Source: an uncultured Arcobacter sp.
Lineage (GTDB): Bacteria > Campylobacterota > Campylobacteria > Campylobacterales > Arcobacteraceae
Direction of reading: 5' to 3'
Assembly (NCBI GenBank): GCA_965140705.1
Contig: OZ223300.1
Span: 1,216,001-1,280,000, forward strand
DNA length: 64,000 bases
Shown here: in pieces, positions 29,756 through 40,351 of the stretch
How positions within the stretch are numbered: position 1 is the stretch's first letter
How the letters are laid out: each line of letters opens with the position of its first letter
Translations under genes and position numbers: made by a program
The notes under the pieces: generated by a model
Seen by the model: only the letters and a program-made list of their open reading frames with translations
Databases searched by the model: none
What the model was told of the DNA's origin: nothing

Positions 29756-30712
29756 ATGTTAAAAAAATGTTTAATTATTGCTTCACTTGCTAGTATGGTT
29801 TTTGCTGGAAATGTAAAAATGAATTTAAATGCAAGACAAGGTGCAGATAACTTTCATACTGTTGGTGCTGAGAAATTTGCTTCATTAGTAAAAAAATATA
29901 CAGACGGAACTGTTGATATTACAGTATATCCTGGTTCTTCATTAGTAAAAGGTAATCCTTTAAAAGCTGTAAAAGATGGAACTGTTGCTATGGCTGATAT
30001 GTTTATTCCTTTTACTGCTGGTGGGGGTAAAGTATTTGGTATCTCTGCTTTACCATTTATTGCTCAATCTTATGATGATGCTTATAAATTATATCAAATT
30101 TCAAAACCTGCATACGAAAAAACTGCAAGAAGATGGAATCAAAAATTACTTTATAGTGTAACTTGGCCACCATCTGGATTTTATGGAAATAAAAAGTTAG
30201 AGTCATTGGCTGATTTTGATGGTGTTAAAACTAGAACTTATGATAAAAACTCTGCTAACTTTGTAAATGGTGCAGGGGGAAATGCAGTTGCCTTACCTTG
30301 GGGAGAAGTTTACTCAGCTCTTAGAACTGGGTTAGTTAATTCTGTTATTACATCATCTACTTCAGGGGAAGATGGTAAGTTTTGGGAAGTATTAACTGAC
30401 TTTACAAAAATAAGTTATGCCTATCCTTTACAAGCAGTAACAATCAATCTTGATTATTGGAACTCTTTAAGTTCATCTCAAAAAGATGCTATGTTAAAAG
30501 CAGCAGCAGAGGTTGAAAAATCACAATGGAAAGTTGTAAAAGATGAAGACAAAGATGCACTTGATGTTATGGCAAAAAATGGTATGCATATTTGGGAAGC
30601 AAGTCCAAAGTTAAAAAAAGAGTTATCTAAGGTTGCTGATAAAATGCTAAATGAGTATTTAAAAGATGCCAACAAAGATACTAAAAAAATATTTGAAGAA
30701 TATAGAAAGTAA
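29756..30712 (+). CDS. dctP: TRAP substrate-binding protein (DctP family), system 1
   Basis: Signal peptide, GVKTRT, LPWGEVYSALRTGLV. Confidence 0.9.
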   Translation: MLKKCLIIASLASMVFAGNVKMNLNARQGADNFHTVGAEKFASLVKKYTDGTVDITVYPGSSLVKGNPLKAVKDGTVAMADMFIPFTAGGGKVFGISALPFIAQSYDDAYKLYQISKPAYEKTARRWNQKLLYSVTWPPSGFYGNKKLESLADFDGVKTRTYDKNSANFVNGAGGNAVALPWGEVYSALRTGLVNSVITSSTSGEDGKFWEVLTDFTKISYAYPLQAVTINLDYWNSLSSSQKDAMLKAAAEVEKSQWKVVKDEDKDALDVMAKNGMHIWEASPKLKKELSKVADKMLNEYLKDANKDTKKIFEEYRK

Positions 30713-30715
30713 ATT

Positions 30716-31201
30716 ATGAAAATATTTTATTCTTTTATAAATAAGCTCTCATTGTGGGGAGCTTATTTATCATCACTTTTATTAGTATCATTAGTTTTAT
30801 TAATCTTAACAGAGGTCTTTATTAGATACTTCTTCGATATGTCCACAATGATTGCAGATGAATATAGTGGATATTTGTATTTAGCTGCAATTTTTTTAGG
30901 TTTAGCTTATACTTTTAATGAAGATGCACATATTAGAATCAATATATTAACTTCTAAAATGAGCAAAAAATCAAATAGATTTATTGATGTATTTGCTGGG
31001 TTAATTACTATTTTTATATTAGTTTTTGCCCTTTATAGAACCATTTTGTTTACTTATGATTCATATGATATGCAAATGGTCTCAGAAGGAGTTTCTGAAA
31101 CACCATTATATTTAACTCAATTAGTTATGCCAATAGGAATAAGCTTGTTTATTTTGGCAGTTTTAGCTTTTGTATTGAAAGGATTAAAAAATGATATCTG
31201 A
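30716..31201 (+). CDS. dctQ: TRAP small permease, system 1
   Basis: Four TMs, DEYSGY and HIRI motifs. Confidence 0.88.
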   Translation: MKIFYSFINKLSLWGAYLSSLLLVSLVLLILTEVFIRYFFDMSTMIADEYSGYLYLAAIFLGLAYTFNEDAHIRINILTSKMSKKSNRFIDVFAGLITIFILVFALYRTILFTYDSYDMQMVSEGVSETPLYLTQLVMPIGISLFILAVLAFVLKGLKNDI

Positions 31202-32528
31202 TCCTTTAATTTTATCAATTGCTCTTGTATTCATAATGTTTGTATTTTTGTTATCTTCAATTTGGATTGGAGTTTCACTAATATTAACAGGTATTTTAGG
31301 GATGTTAATTGCTGAAAATCATTTACCCCCTGTACTTTCAATATATGATAAGATTGGTGATTTACTTGCAGCTTCTATGTATGACTCTTTAAATTCATGG
31401 TCTTTGGCAGCTTTACCAATATTTATTTTAATGGGAGAAATTTTATATAAATCATCTATTTCTACAAGATTATTAAATGGTCTAACTCCTTGGTTAAGTT
31501 TTATTCCTGGAAAACTTTTACATATAAATGTTGCAGCATGTTCACTTTTTGCAGCAATTTCAGGCTCAAGTTCAGCAACAACTGCAACAGTTGGAAAAAT
31601 CACCCTTGATGAACTTAAAAAAAGAGGTTATTCAAAATCACTTGCATTAGGTTCCCTTGCAGGAAGTGGAACATTAGGATTTTTAATTCCTCCTTCACTT
31701 ATCATGATTATTTATGGAGTATTATCAAATGTCTCAATAGGTAAGCTTTTTATGGCAGGAATTCTTCCTGGTCTTTTATTGGCAACACTTTATTCAGTTT
31801 ATATAATGATTGCTTCAAGTGTTGATAAAAGTGTAGTTCCTACAAATAATGATAAATATTCTTTAAAAGACTTTACCCATTCTTTAAAAGATTTATTTCC
31901 AGTTTTATCTTTGATTACTGTAGTGTTAGGCTCTATTTATGGTGGATTAGCAACTCCTACAGAGGCTGCTTCTTTAGGTGTATTAGGTTCAGTAATTTTA
32001 GCAATTTACTTTAAAAGTCTCTCTTTCGAAGTAATGAAAAATGCTTTATTAAATACTATTAAAACATCTGTAATGATTAGTTTTATAATAGTTGGTGCTG
32101 GATTTTTATCTCAAGTGGTTGGATTCTTAGGAATTGCAAGAGCCATTAGTGAGTTTATAGCCACAATGGGACTTTCTCCTTTTTCTTTGATTCTAATTAT
32201 TGGTATAATGTATGTATTTTTAGGAATGATTTTAGATGGTATTTCTATTGTTGTTATGACTTTACCTATTGTATTACCTATTATTCAGTTAGCTGGATTT
32301 GATCCCTTATGGTTTGGTATTTTTTTAGTATTTATGGTTGAATTATCACAAATCACACCACCGGTTGGATTTTCACTCTTTGTTATACAAAGTATAAGTG
32401 GAGAAAAAATAGAATATATATTAAAAGCAACCTTACCATTTTTTATTTTAATGATAGTTGCAGTTGTTTTAATCACTGCTTTTCCAGAAATTGTAGAGTT
32501 TATACCTAGATATATGACTACAAAATAA
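31191..32528 (+). CDS. dctM: TRAP large permease, system 1
   Basis: AISGSSSAT, GTLGFLIPPS, ATPTEAA and ITPPVG motifs. Confidence 0.93.
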   Translation: MISDPLILSIALVFIMFVFLLSSIWIGVSLILTGILGMLIAENHLPPVLSIYDKIGDLLAASMYDSLNSWSLAALPIFILMGEILYKSSISTRLLNGLTPWLSFIPGKLLHINVAACSLFAAISGSSSATTATVGKITLDELKKRGYSKSLALGSLAGSGTLGFLIPPSLIMIIYGVLSNVSIGKLFMAGILPGLLLATLYSVYIMIASSVDKSVVPTNNDKYSLKDFTHSLKDLFPVLSLITVVLGSIYGGLATPTEAASLGVLGSVILAIYFKSLSFEVMKNALLNTIKTSVMISFIIVGAGFLSQVVGFLGIARAISEFIATMGLSPFSLILIIGIMYVFLGMILDGISIVVMTLPIVLPIIQLAGFDPLWFGIFLVFMVELSQITPPVGFSLFVIQSISGEKIEYILKATLPFFILMIVAVVLITAFPEIVEFIPRYMTTK

Positions 32529-32540
32529 TTTAAATCTTTC

Positions 32541-32568
32541 AAAAGGGGAAATTCTTCCCCTTTTTTTT
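32541..32568 (+). terminator. Intrinsic terminator after the TRAP1 operon
   Basis: AAAAGGGGAA-attc-TTCCCC followed by T8. Confidence 0.8.
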
Positions 32569-32583
32569 CTTATACACTTTTTT

Positions 32584-32615
32584 CACACCTCGAACACATT
32601 TCATATAGTTAGAAT
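32584..32615 (+). promoter_or_regulatory. Class B box plus -10 of the TRAP2/amidase operon
   Basis: CACACCT-N2-AACACAT-N10-TAGAAT. Confidence 0.55.
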
Positions 32616-32644
32616 TTCTTAGATACTTAAAAAAAGGATTAAAA

Positions 32645-33676
32645 ATGAAAAAAAGTGTTTTCTTTTCTCTTGCAGGTGTGGTTTTAGCTTCAAGTTTATA
32701 TGCTGCACCAAAAAAACTAAGAGTTGTTGGTTCATGGAGTAGTTTATCATTATATAAAGAATATGAAAAGCCATTTTGGAAAAAGGAATTTGTTAAAGAG
32801 TTTCCTGGTACAAAAGTTAGATTGAGTTCTTTAGGTCAAATAAAACTAAAAGGTGCAGCAGTTTATAGAGAGTTATCAAAAGGGACTTTTGATGTGGTTT
32901 CAACTGTTGGAGATTATGTTGTATCTGATTCTGAGACAATTGCAGGGTTGGACTTTCCTACTATGGCAAATGACTTGACAGTGGCTAAAAAAGTTGTAGA
33001 TGCTTATAAAAATACTTTAGATGAAGCATTAAAAAAAGATTTTAATGCAAAACTATTAGCAGTAGTTCCATATCCTGCACAAGTATTATTTTGTAAAGAA
33101 AGAATTACCTCATTAAAAGATTTAAAAGGTAAAAAAGTAAGAGCTTCTGGTTGGACTGTATCTTCATTTTTAGATGGAGTTGGAGCTACTGGAATCACAA
33201 TGTCATTTGGTGAAGTTCCTCAAGCATTACAAAGAGGTGTAATTGATTGTGCTGTTACTGGTGGATTATCTGGATATTCAGCTGGTTGGGGAGAAGTTTC
33301 AAATTACTTATATCCTTTACAAATTGGTGGTTGGGATTATGTAGTTACTGCTATGAATCTAGATACCTGGAATAGTTTTTCAAAAGATGAACAAACAAAA
33401 CTTTTAGCTTCAATAAATACTAATATTACAACTCCTGCTTGGGTTAAAACTAATTATGAAACAAAAGAGGGTGAGAAGTGTCTAACAGGACAAGATTGTT
33501 CATACGGGAAACCTAATAAAATGAAACTAGTAAAAGTAAAAGATGCTGATGAAGATTTATCAAAAGAGGTATTAATTAACAATGTTATTCCTCAATGGAC
33601 TAAAAAAGTTTCTCCTGAAGTAGTTAAAGAGTGGAATGATTCTATTGGAAAAATTGTAAATATTACAGCTAAATAA
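32645..33676 (+). CDS. dctP: TRAP substrate-binding protein (DctP family), system 2
   Basis: Signal peptide, DLKGKKVR, FGEVPQALQRGVIDC. Confidence 0.9.
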   Translation: MKKSVFFSLAGVVLASSLYAAPKKLRVVGSWSSLSLYKEYEKPFWKKEFVKEFPGTKVRLSSLGQIKLKGAAVYRELSKGTFDVVSTVGDYVVSDSETIAGLDFPTMANDLTVAKKVVDAYKNTLDEALKKDFNAKLLAVVPYPAQVLFCKERITSLKDLKGKKVRASGWTVSSFLDGVGATGITMSFGEVPQALQRGVIDCAVTGGLSGYSAGWGEVSNYLYPLQIGGWDYVVTAMNLDTWNSFSKDEQTKLLASINTNITTPAWVKTNYETKEGEKCLTGQDCSYGKPNKMKLVKVKDADEDLSKEVLINNVIPQWTKKVSPEVVKEWNDSIGKIVNITAK

Positions 33677-33687
33677 AAAGAGTTCTT

Positions 33688-34224
33688 ATGATTGAAAAAT
33701 TAAAAAAGAGTTCTGAATATTTTGTTTATATATGTGGGATTCTACTTTTTGCAGCTGTATTTTTAACAAGTATAGATGTAATTTTGAGAAAATTCTTTTT
33801 AATATCATTTGGTGGAACAGATGAGTTGGCTGGATATGCTTTAGGTATTTGTATATCTTGGTCTTTGGCATATGTTTTATTTGAAAAAATGCATATTAGA
33901 ATTGACATTATCTATAACAAAGTAAGTAAAAGAGTACAAAATTTTTTTGATGTTATTGCAATGGGATTTACTTTAGCTTTTATTGGATTATTAGTATATT
34001 TTTCATCTGATGTTTTTTATACTTCTTTTATCAAAAATTCTACAGCAAATACGCCATTGGGAACACCTCTATGGATACCACAGTTTTTTTGGCTTTTTGG
34101 GTATGTATTCTTTTTAATAGTTGTTGCAATTTTATTTTTTAAATCTTTAAAAACTTTGATAAGTAATAAAAGCAACGGATATTCAAATGTAAAAAAGGAA
34201 GAGCATGACATTAGTATTGATTAG
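33688..34224 (+). CDS. dctQ: TRAP small permease, system 2
   Basis: DELAGY, HIRID and TPLWIPQ motifs. Confidence 0.88.
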   Translation: MIEKLKKSSEYFVYICGILLFAAVFLTSIDVILRKFFLISFGGTDELAGYALGICISWSLAYVLFEKMHIRIDIIYNKVSKRVQNFFDVIAMGFTLAFIGLLVYFSSDVFYTSFIKNSTANTPLGTPLWIPQFFWLFGYVFFLIVVAILFFKSLKTLISNKSNGYSNVKKEEHDISID

Positions 34225-35491
34225 TATAGTTATTTTACTTTTATTACTTTTATTATCTGTTCCTGTTGCTTCTACAATTGCTGGAATTAGTATTATTGTT
34301 GGATATTTTTTCTCTGATTATCCAGTTTTTTCTTCTATAGGAGAAATAACTTGGAGTGTTAGTACGGATTATTTACTTTTATCTATTCCATTTTTTGTAT
34401 TATTAGGTGAAATATTACTTCACTCAGGAATAGCAAAAAACATCTATTTTGCCTTGCATAAATGGCTTTCTTGGTTACCTGGTGGTTTGCTACATGCAAA
34501 TATAGCTTCATCAGCAATTTTTTCATCTATTTCTGGTTCTTCTGTGGCAACGGCAGCTACTATAACTACTGTTGCTATGCCTCAGTGTGAAAAGCATGGA
34601 TACAAAGAAGGACTTTTTGCAGGAACAATTGCAGCTGGAGGAACACTTGGTATTTTAATTCCACCATCAATAAATTTAATTGTTTATGGCTTTTTAACGA
34701 ATACCTCAATACCCAAGCTTTTTATGGCAGGACTTCTTCCTGGAATGCTTATGGCTATTTTATTTATGCTTTTTATTTTAGTTTATTCTTTATTAAAAAA
34801 AGAAAAGGAGCAAAAAGAATATAGTGTAACTTGGAAAGAAAGATTTATTGCATTAAGGGATTTACTCCCAATATTTATACTTTTTGTTTTGATTATGGGG
34901 TCAATATATACGGGTATTGCAACGCCTACTGAAAGTGCTGCTCTTGGAGTTTTATTTTCATTGGCAATTACATATTTTAGTGGTTTATTAAATTTTGAAG
35001 TTATTAAAAAATCAATAAAAGGAACTATGAGAACAACAGGAATGATTATGTTTATTATCATTGCTGCAAATTTCTTGAATTTTGTTTTAGTTTCTATTGG
35101 TTTAACTGATGATTTATCAGATTTTATTGAGGGCTTAGCAATATCAAAATATACAATGCTTGTTATTGTAACTTTGCTATTTATTGTATTGGGTCTTTTT
35201 ATTGAGACTTTATCTTTGATGGTAATTACTATACCTATCATTGCTCCTGTTATGATTACTTTAGGTTTTGACCCAATTTGGTTTGGAATTTATTTAATAA
35301 TTTTAATAGAAATGGCTTTAATAACTCCACCTGTTGGATTGAATTTATATGTTGTGCAAGGGATTAGAAATAAAGGAAGTATTATTGAAGTTATGAAAGG
35401 ATGTATACCTTTTGTTCTTATAATGTTGCTTATGAGTATATTATTGGTTTTCTTTCCTGAAATTAGTCTATATTTTGTAAATTTTGCATAG
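34205..35491 (+). CDS. dctM: TRAP large permease, system 2
   Basis: ISGSSVATA, GGTLGILIPPS, ATPTESA and ITPPVGLN motifs. Confidence 0.93.
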   Translation: MTLVLISIVILLLLLLLSVPVASTIAGISIIVGYFFSDYPVFSSIGEITWSVSTDYLLLSIPFFVLLGEILLHSGIAKNIYFALHKWLSWLPGGLLHANIASSAIFSSISGSSVATAATITTVAMPQCEKHGYKEGLFAGTIAAGGTLGILIPPSINLIVYGFLTNTSIPKLFMAGLLPGMLMAILFMLFILVYSLLKKEKEQKEYSVTWKERFIALRDLLPIFILFVLIMGSIYTGIATPTESAALGVLFSLAITYFSGLLNFEVIKKSIKGTMRTTGMIMFIIIAANFLNFVLVSIGLTDDLSDFIEGLAISKYTMLVIVTLLFIVLGLFIETLSLMVITIPIIAPVMITLGFDPIWFGIYLIILIEMALITPPVGLNLYVVQGIRNKGSIIEVMKGCIPFVLIMLLMSILLVFFPEISLYFVNFA

Positions 35492-35499
35492 GAGAAAGT

Positions 35500-36303
35500 A
35501 TGAGTAAACTTAGAATTGTTGGTGTCCAAATAAGATGTGATGGTAGTAAAAAGGATATGCTTATAAAAGCAAGAAAATATGTAGAAGAAGCAATTGAAGC
35601 AAATAAAAATATTGATATTGTTGCTTTACCTGAAACTTTTTATCAAGCTCAAGCACATCCTGTAGATGGAGAAATATTAGGTGAAGAACCAAATGGTGAA
35701 TATGAGACTTTTTTTAAAGAATTAGCACGTGAATTTAATGTAAATATTGTTGCCGGGTCATATTTAGTTAAAGGAGAAGAGAAGTTAAAGAATAAATGCC
35801 TTGTTATTAATAGACAAGGAGAAGTTGTAGGAGATTATTCAAAAATTCATTTATTTGATTCTTTTGGAATGAAAGAATCAGAAGTAATGGAATATGGAGA
35901 TCATATTGGAGTATTTGAACTTGATTGTGCAAAGATTGGTGTGATTATTTGTTATGACATAAGATTTCCTGAGTTAACTAGAAATCTTGCAAGTAAAGGC
36001 ATTGATATGCTTTTTATACCTGCCGCATTTTATTTACCAAGACTTGACCAATGGGAGTTATTAGTAAAATCTACTGCAATACAAAGTGTAAGCCCTGTCT
36101 GTGCTATTAATCAGTTTGGTAAAACTCAAGAACCTTGGATTGGATTTTTTGGAAGAAGTATGTTGGTTGATTCTTATGGATGTATTGTTGCAGGTGCATC
36201 TGATAAGGAGACCTATTTTTTCGGTGAGGTTGATTTGGATTATGCAAAACAAATGAGAGAGTCTAATCCTTGTTTATCTCACAGAAGAGCAAAATTTTAT
36301 TAG
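35500..36303 (+). CDS. Carbon-nitrogen hydrolase (Nit1/Nit2/YbeM-like amidase)
   Basis: E-K-C triad in LPE, YSKIHLFD and ICYDIRFPE. Confidence 0.9.
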   Translation: MSKLRIVGVQIRCDGSKKDMLIKARKYVEEAIEANKNIDIVALPETFYQAQAHPVDGEILGEEPNGEYETFFKELAREFNVNIVAGSYLVKGEEKLKNKCLVINRQGEVVGDYSKIHLFDSFGMKESEVMEYGDHIGVFELDCAKIGVIICYDIRFPELTRNLASKGIDMLFIPAAFYLPRLDQWELLVKSTAIQSVSPVCAINQFGKTQEPWIGFFGRSMLVDSYGCIVAGASDKETYFFGEVDLDYAKQMRESNPCLSHRRAKFY

Positions 36304-36311
36304 GAGTTATT

Positions 36312-36971
36312 ATGGTATTAAGTAAAGAATTAGTAGAAAGATATTTAAAAACGGATCCTGCTCAAATAGGACACTATATTAATAGTGGTTATATGAGTCC
36401 TAAAATAGGACCAGTTTTTCAAGATTGTAAAATGGTAGGACCTGCTTATACAATAAGAGTTGCAGTTAATGATTCTGCAATAGTCTATTATGCTATGAAA
36501 AAAGCGCCAAAAGGTTCTGTAATAGTTATTGATAGATTAGGTGATGAAGTTTATGCTTGTGCAGGTGAAATTGTTGCTCGTTCAGCAAAAGCATTGGGAA
36601 TGGCTGGTGTTGTAATTGATGGTCCATCAACAGATGTTCAAGCAATGAGAGAGATAGGTCTTCCTGTATTTTCTACTGGACTATCTCCTGTTACTACAAC
36701 TTTACTTGGACTTACTGGTGAATATGATATTCCTGTTCAATGTGGAGGTACAATTGTAAACCCTGGTGATATTATTTTTGGAGATGATAATGGTGTTATC
36801 GTTATTCCTCCTGAAAAAGCTGAAGAACTTTTATTAAAAGCTGAAGAAGCTGATAGAAAAGAAGAAAAATTAAGAGCAATTTTCGAAGAGGGTAAATATG
36901 TTGATTATTGTACAAATATTGATGCTCTTGTAGAGACTGATCATAGACCATACTTTAAAGAATTAAAATGA
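36312..36971 (+). CDS. RraA/HMG-aldolase-fold protein, atypical (E-X20-T-D)
   Basis: VGPAYT, GVVIDG and VNPGDIIFGDDNGV motifs; ATG 36312 after AGGAG. Confidence 0.82.
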   Translation: MVLSKELVERYLKTDPAQIGHYINSGYMSPKIGPVFQDCKMVGPAYTIRVAVNDSAIVYYAMKKAPKGSVIVIDRLGDEVYACAGEIVARSAKALGMAGVVIDGPSTDVQAMREIGLPVFSTGLSPVTTTLLGLTGEYDIPVQCGGTIVNPGDIIFGDDNGVIVIPPEKAEELLLKAEEADRKEEKLRAIFEEGKYVDYCTNIDALVETDHRPYFKELK

Positions 36972-37735
36972 AAACAAAAGAGTTTAGACAACTAATTTCT
37001 AAAGGTGAATTTGCTAAACCCACTGCAGGATACTGCACTGGGTTTGTTCAAGCAAATATGTTGGTAATTCCTAAAAAATATGCTGATTCTTTTGAAGAGT
37101 TTGGAAAATTAAATCATAAAGCAATTCCTATTTTAGAAGTAATTAGAGATTCATATTATACTAAGATTTTGGCTGACAATGCCAATTTATTAAAGGAACT
37201 ACCTTCTTATAATATTTTTGAAGATGGTAAGTATGTAAGAAGTGTAAAAAATATAGAAGAATACTATTCAAAAGATTTAGTATTTTTTCTAGTTGGATGT
37301 AGTTTTACTTTTGAAACTTCACTTATAAATTCTGGTATTTTATTAAGACATGTTGAAGAGAAAAAAAATGTTGCTATGTATGATACAAATATTAAGTTAA
37401 ATAAAGTTGGTATTTTTGAAGGGAATATGGTAGTTTCTATGCGACCTATAAAAAAGGATAGAGTATCAGAAGCTTGTGTTGTCACAAGTCATTTCCCAAA
37501 TATGCATGGTGGACCAATCCAAGTTGGTTATCCTGAGATGATAGGAATAGAAGATATTACTAAACCTGATTACGGTGATTCTATTGAAATAAAAGAGGAT
37601 GAGATACCTGTTTTTTGGCCTTGTGGGGTTACCCCTGAAAACGTATTAAAAAATGTAAAATTACCTTTTGCAATAACACACTCTCCTGGTCATATGTTTA
37701 TTAGTGATAGAAAAGATAGTGAATATTATGTATAA
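36968..37735 (+). CDS. DUF1445/YcsI putative hydro-lyase (D-glutamate cyclase-like)
   Basis: PTAG..G.VQAN, GCSFTFE, VVSMRP, HGGP, PVFWPCGVTP and ITHSPGHMF motifs. Confidence 0.85.
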   Translation: MKTKEFRQLISKGEFAKPTAGYCTGFVQANMLVIPKKYADSFEEFGKLNHKAIPILEVIRDSYYTKILADNANLLKELPSYNIFEDGKYVRSVKNIEEYYSKDLVFFLVGCSFTFETSLINSGILLRHVEEKKNVAMYDTNIKLNKVGIFEGNMVVSMRPIKKDRVSEACVVTSHFPNMHGGPIQVGYPEMIGIEDITKPDYGDSIEIKEDEIPVFWPCGVTPENVLKNVKLPFAITHSPGHMFISDRKDSEYYV

Positions 37736-37737
37736 AA

Positions 37738-38418
37738 TTAGTTTTTGATTAATCTATAACCTTCTTGTATAATATTTTCAATAATTTGTACAGGAAGTTT
37801 TTTCCTTAACTCTTTAATAAATGTTTTTAATGCATTTTGAGTCATATCTTTATCCACCCAAATATACTCTTGAATCATATCATAAGTGGTGATTTTATCT
37901 TTATTCTTATATAAAAGTTCCAAAAAGTGCTTATCTTTTTTTCTAAGTGGAATAGTCTCTTTATTATAATATAAATTACTATTTTCAATATCTAAATATA
38001 AACTTGGATATATTTCAAACATAGTGTGATTTTCATTAAATATTGCGACTGTTATTGCTTCATAAAGTTTTTTGTTAGTTACTGGTTTTAATATATAGTG
38101 AGAAATTTTTAAATTGATTAAGTTTAATAAATATTCTTCTTTTGAGTAAGCACTTATGACAATAATAGGAATTCCCATATCAATTAAACGGATTTTTTTA
38201 ATTAATTCTATTCCATTTTCATCTTTCATTTCAATATCTGTAATAATTAAATCAGGTTTATTTTCTAAATAAAGCTCATAACCATCAATTACATTATCAC
38301 TTTGAAAAACTTCTTTGAAATAAAAGCTTAAAATAGTTACTAATTTTTCTCTTATAAAATCATCATCTTCCACTATTAAAACAGAATATGTTTCAAGTTT
38401 ATTTTCTAATCTTTCCAT
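37738..38418 (-). CDS. OmpR-type response regulator (RR2), paralog of RR1
   Basis: VEDD, TDIEM; shares YSxEEYLLNLINL and ALKTFIKELR with RR1. Confidence 0.93.
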   Translation of the reverse strand: MERLENKLETYSVLIVEDDDFIREKLVTILSFYFKEVFQSDNVIDGYELYLENKPDLIITDIEMKDENGIELIKKIRLIDMGIPIIVISAYSKEEYLLNLINLKISHYILKPVTNKKLYEAITVAIFNENHTMFEIYPSLYLDIENSNLYYNKETIPLRKKDKHFLELLYKNKDKITTYDMIQEYIWVDKDMTQNALKTFIKELRKKLPVQIIENIIQEGYRLIKN

Positions 38419-38427
38419 TATTTACCC

Positions 38428-40254
38428 TTATACAACTATTCTAAAAAGTGCACCTTCATTGGTGTTTCTAACTGTTAGTTTTCCATCCATGTTTTTTTCT
38501 ATTATCATTTTTGACATATATAAACCTAATCCTGTCCCTTGTACTGTTTTAGTTGAGAAATAAGGTTCAAAGATTTTTTCTATATTATCTAATTTTATTC
38601 CACCTGCATTATCTTTTACAGCAACTATTGATTTATTATTGTATGTATTAACTATTAAGTATATACAAGAATTAAACCTCTTGTTCATAATTAAGGCATC
38701 TTTCGCATTTAATAAAAGATTTAATATAACTTGTGAATACTCTCTTGGATAACCCTTGATTTTTTTATCATTAATTACTTTATAGTATAGTTTAATTCCT
38801 TGATTATTTAAAGATTCTTTGACCAAAGATATTGCGTTTTCACAAGCACTAGATATTAAAAATTCTTCTTTATCTTTTTCAGGTTTAAAAAAGTTTTTAA
38901 AATCTTCAATAGTATTTGACATATATTCAATAATATTTGTGGCATCTTCACTGGAAGATAAGATAAATTTATTATCAGCTTTTTTGAACATAATTTTTGT
39001 TTCTATTTCCATTAATATACCACTTAGTTGATTAAGTGGTTGTCTCCATTGATGAGAAATCATACTTAACATTTCTCCCATTCTTGCGTGTCTTGATTGA
39101 TGAAGCATTGCTCTATCTTTTTCTTTTGCTTCAGCTAAGGCTTTATTTACTGTAATGTGAAGATTTTTGTTGTGATTTTTTAGTTTTAACTCTTTTCTTC
39201 TTACTTTATATTTATATTGTTGAAATGTTTTATTTATCTCTTGGGAAATCATAAGTGATAAGATAGAGATAAATATGATTAATAAAAATGCAATTACTAT
39301 TGCTGTTTGTATATAATGATTTGTTTTCTTTTCTAAATCTTTTTTCTTATTCAAAATTACATTGTGAATTTCATCTAAAAAGATTCCAGAACCAATGACC
39401 CAATTCCATTGGCTATAAAGTTTTACAAAAGCAATTTTTTTAGATACTTTACCATTTTTTTCAGTATCAAAGAATTCTAAAAAATCTCCATCATGATGCT
39501 TTGTTGCTAAGCGAATTAAGTTTTGTACATACAGATTGTTTTTGGGATCTTTTCTATTGGTTTCATCCTTTCCTACATCTTTTTTTCTTTTTCCATGGGC
39601 TATTAGAATATTTGTATTTGTATAAACCCAAAAGTAATTATTGTTCCCATATCTTACAAATTCTACCCATCTTGCTATATTATATTTTAAATCATCTAAA
39701 AGGTAAAATATATCTTTTTTTAACACTAATATTAAGTTTTTATTTTTCAAATATTTAAATAAATATAAATTTATTCCATCTTCAATTAAATAGGCTTCTT
39801 TTTTATTTTTTAAGATTTTTTTTAATTCATTTATATTATCAAAATTAAAAAATACATCGGGATTTTTTATAAGATTTTTGTTTTTTATATCAAAGATAAT
39901 AAAATCAGTATTTGAAGTTGCACTTTGTTTTATATAATTGTAATAATTTTTATAAGAGATAGTATTATCTTCAATATTTTTAGCAAAAGTACTCATTTGA
40001 ATATGTATACTTTTTTTTGTATTTTCTATGAGTAGATTTTTTTGATATTTTATATAGCTAATTACTCCATTAGTCTCTTTTTTTAATATCTCTTTTTGTT
40101 TTGAAATATACTCTTTTTCTAGTTGGGCACTCTCTTTTTTAAAGTTATTTTGTTGATTATTAACTAAATAATATAATAGTATACTAACTAACAATATTAT
40201 TGAAAAAATTGGAGTTAATATTATAAGGGTTGGAATATTTTTTTCATTAAACAA
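38428..40254 (-). CDS. Cache-domain sensor histidine kinase (HK2), paralog of HK1
   Basis: Shares MF.EKNIP.LIILTP and DRAMLHQSR.ARMG.MLSMI.HQWRQPL with HK1; longer periplasmic region; TTG start after AGGAG. Confidence 0.92.
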   Translation of the reverse strand: MFNEKNIPTLIILTPIFSIILLVSILLYYLVNNQQNNFKKESAQLEKEYISKQKEILKKETNGVISYIKYQKNLLIENTKKSIHIQMSTFAKNIEDNTISYKNYYNYIKQSATSNTDFIIFDIKNKNLIKNPDVFFNFDNINELKKILKNKKEAYLIEDGINLYLFKYLKNKNLILVLKKDIFYLLDDLKYNIARWVEFVRYGNNNYFWVYTNTNILIAHGKRKKDVGKDETNRKDPKNNLYVQNLIRLATKHHDGDFLEFFDTEKNGKVSKKIAFVKLYSQWNWVIGSGIFLDEIHNVILNKKKDLEKKTNHYIQTAIVIAFLLIIFISILSLMISQEINKTFQQYKYKVRRKELKLKNHNKNLHITVNKALAEAKEKDRAMLHQSRHARMGEMLSMISHQWRQPLNQLSGILMEIETKIMFKKADNKFILSSSEDATNIIEYMSNTIEDFKNFFKPEKDKEEFLISSACENAISLVKESLNNQGIKLYYKVINDKKIKGYPREYSQVILNLLLNAKDALIMNKRFNSCIYLIVNTYNNKSIVAVKDNAGGIKLDNIEKIFEPYFSTKTVQGTGLGLYMSKMIIEKNMDGKLTVRNTNEGALFRIVV

Positions 40255-40277
40255 ATTTTTCTCCTAAGTATAATTAT

Positions 40278-40309
40278 ATAATAAGAATTTAGAATGTGTT
40301 ATAAGTGTG
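40278..40309 (-). promoter_or_regulatory. Class B box plus -10 of the HK2/RR2 operon
   Basis: Minus strand CACACTT-N2-AACACAT-N10-TATTAT. Confidence 0.55.
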
Positions 40310-40351
40310 CTTTATTAAATTTATGAGTAAATATACTTTAATATTTAAAAA

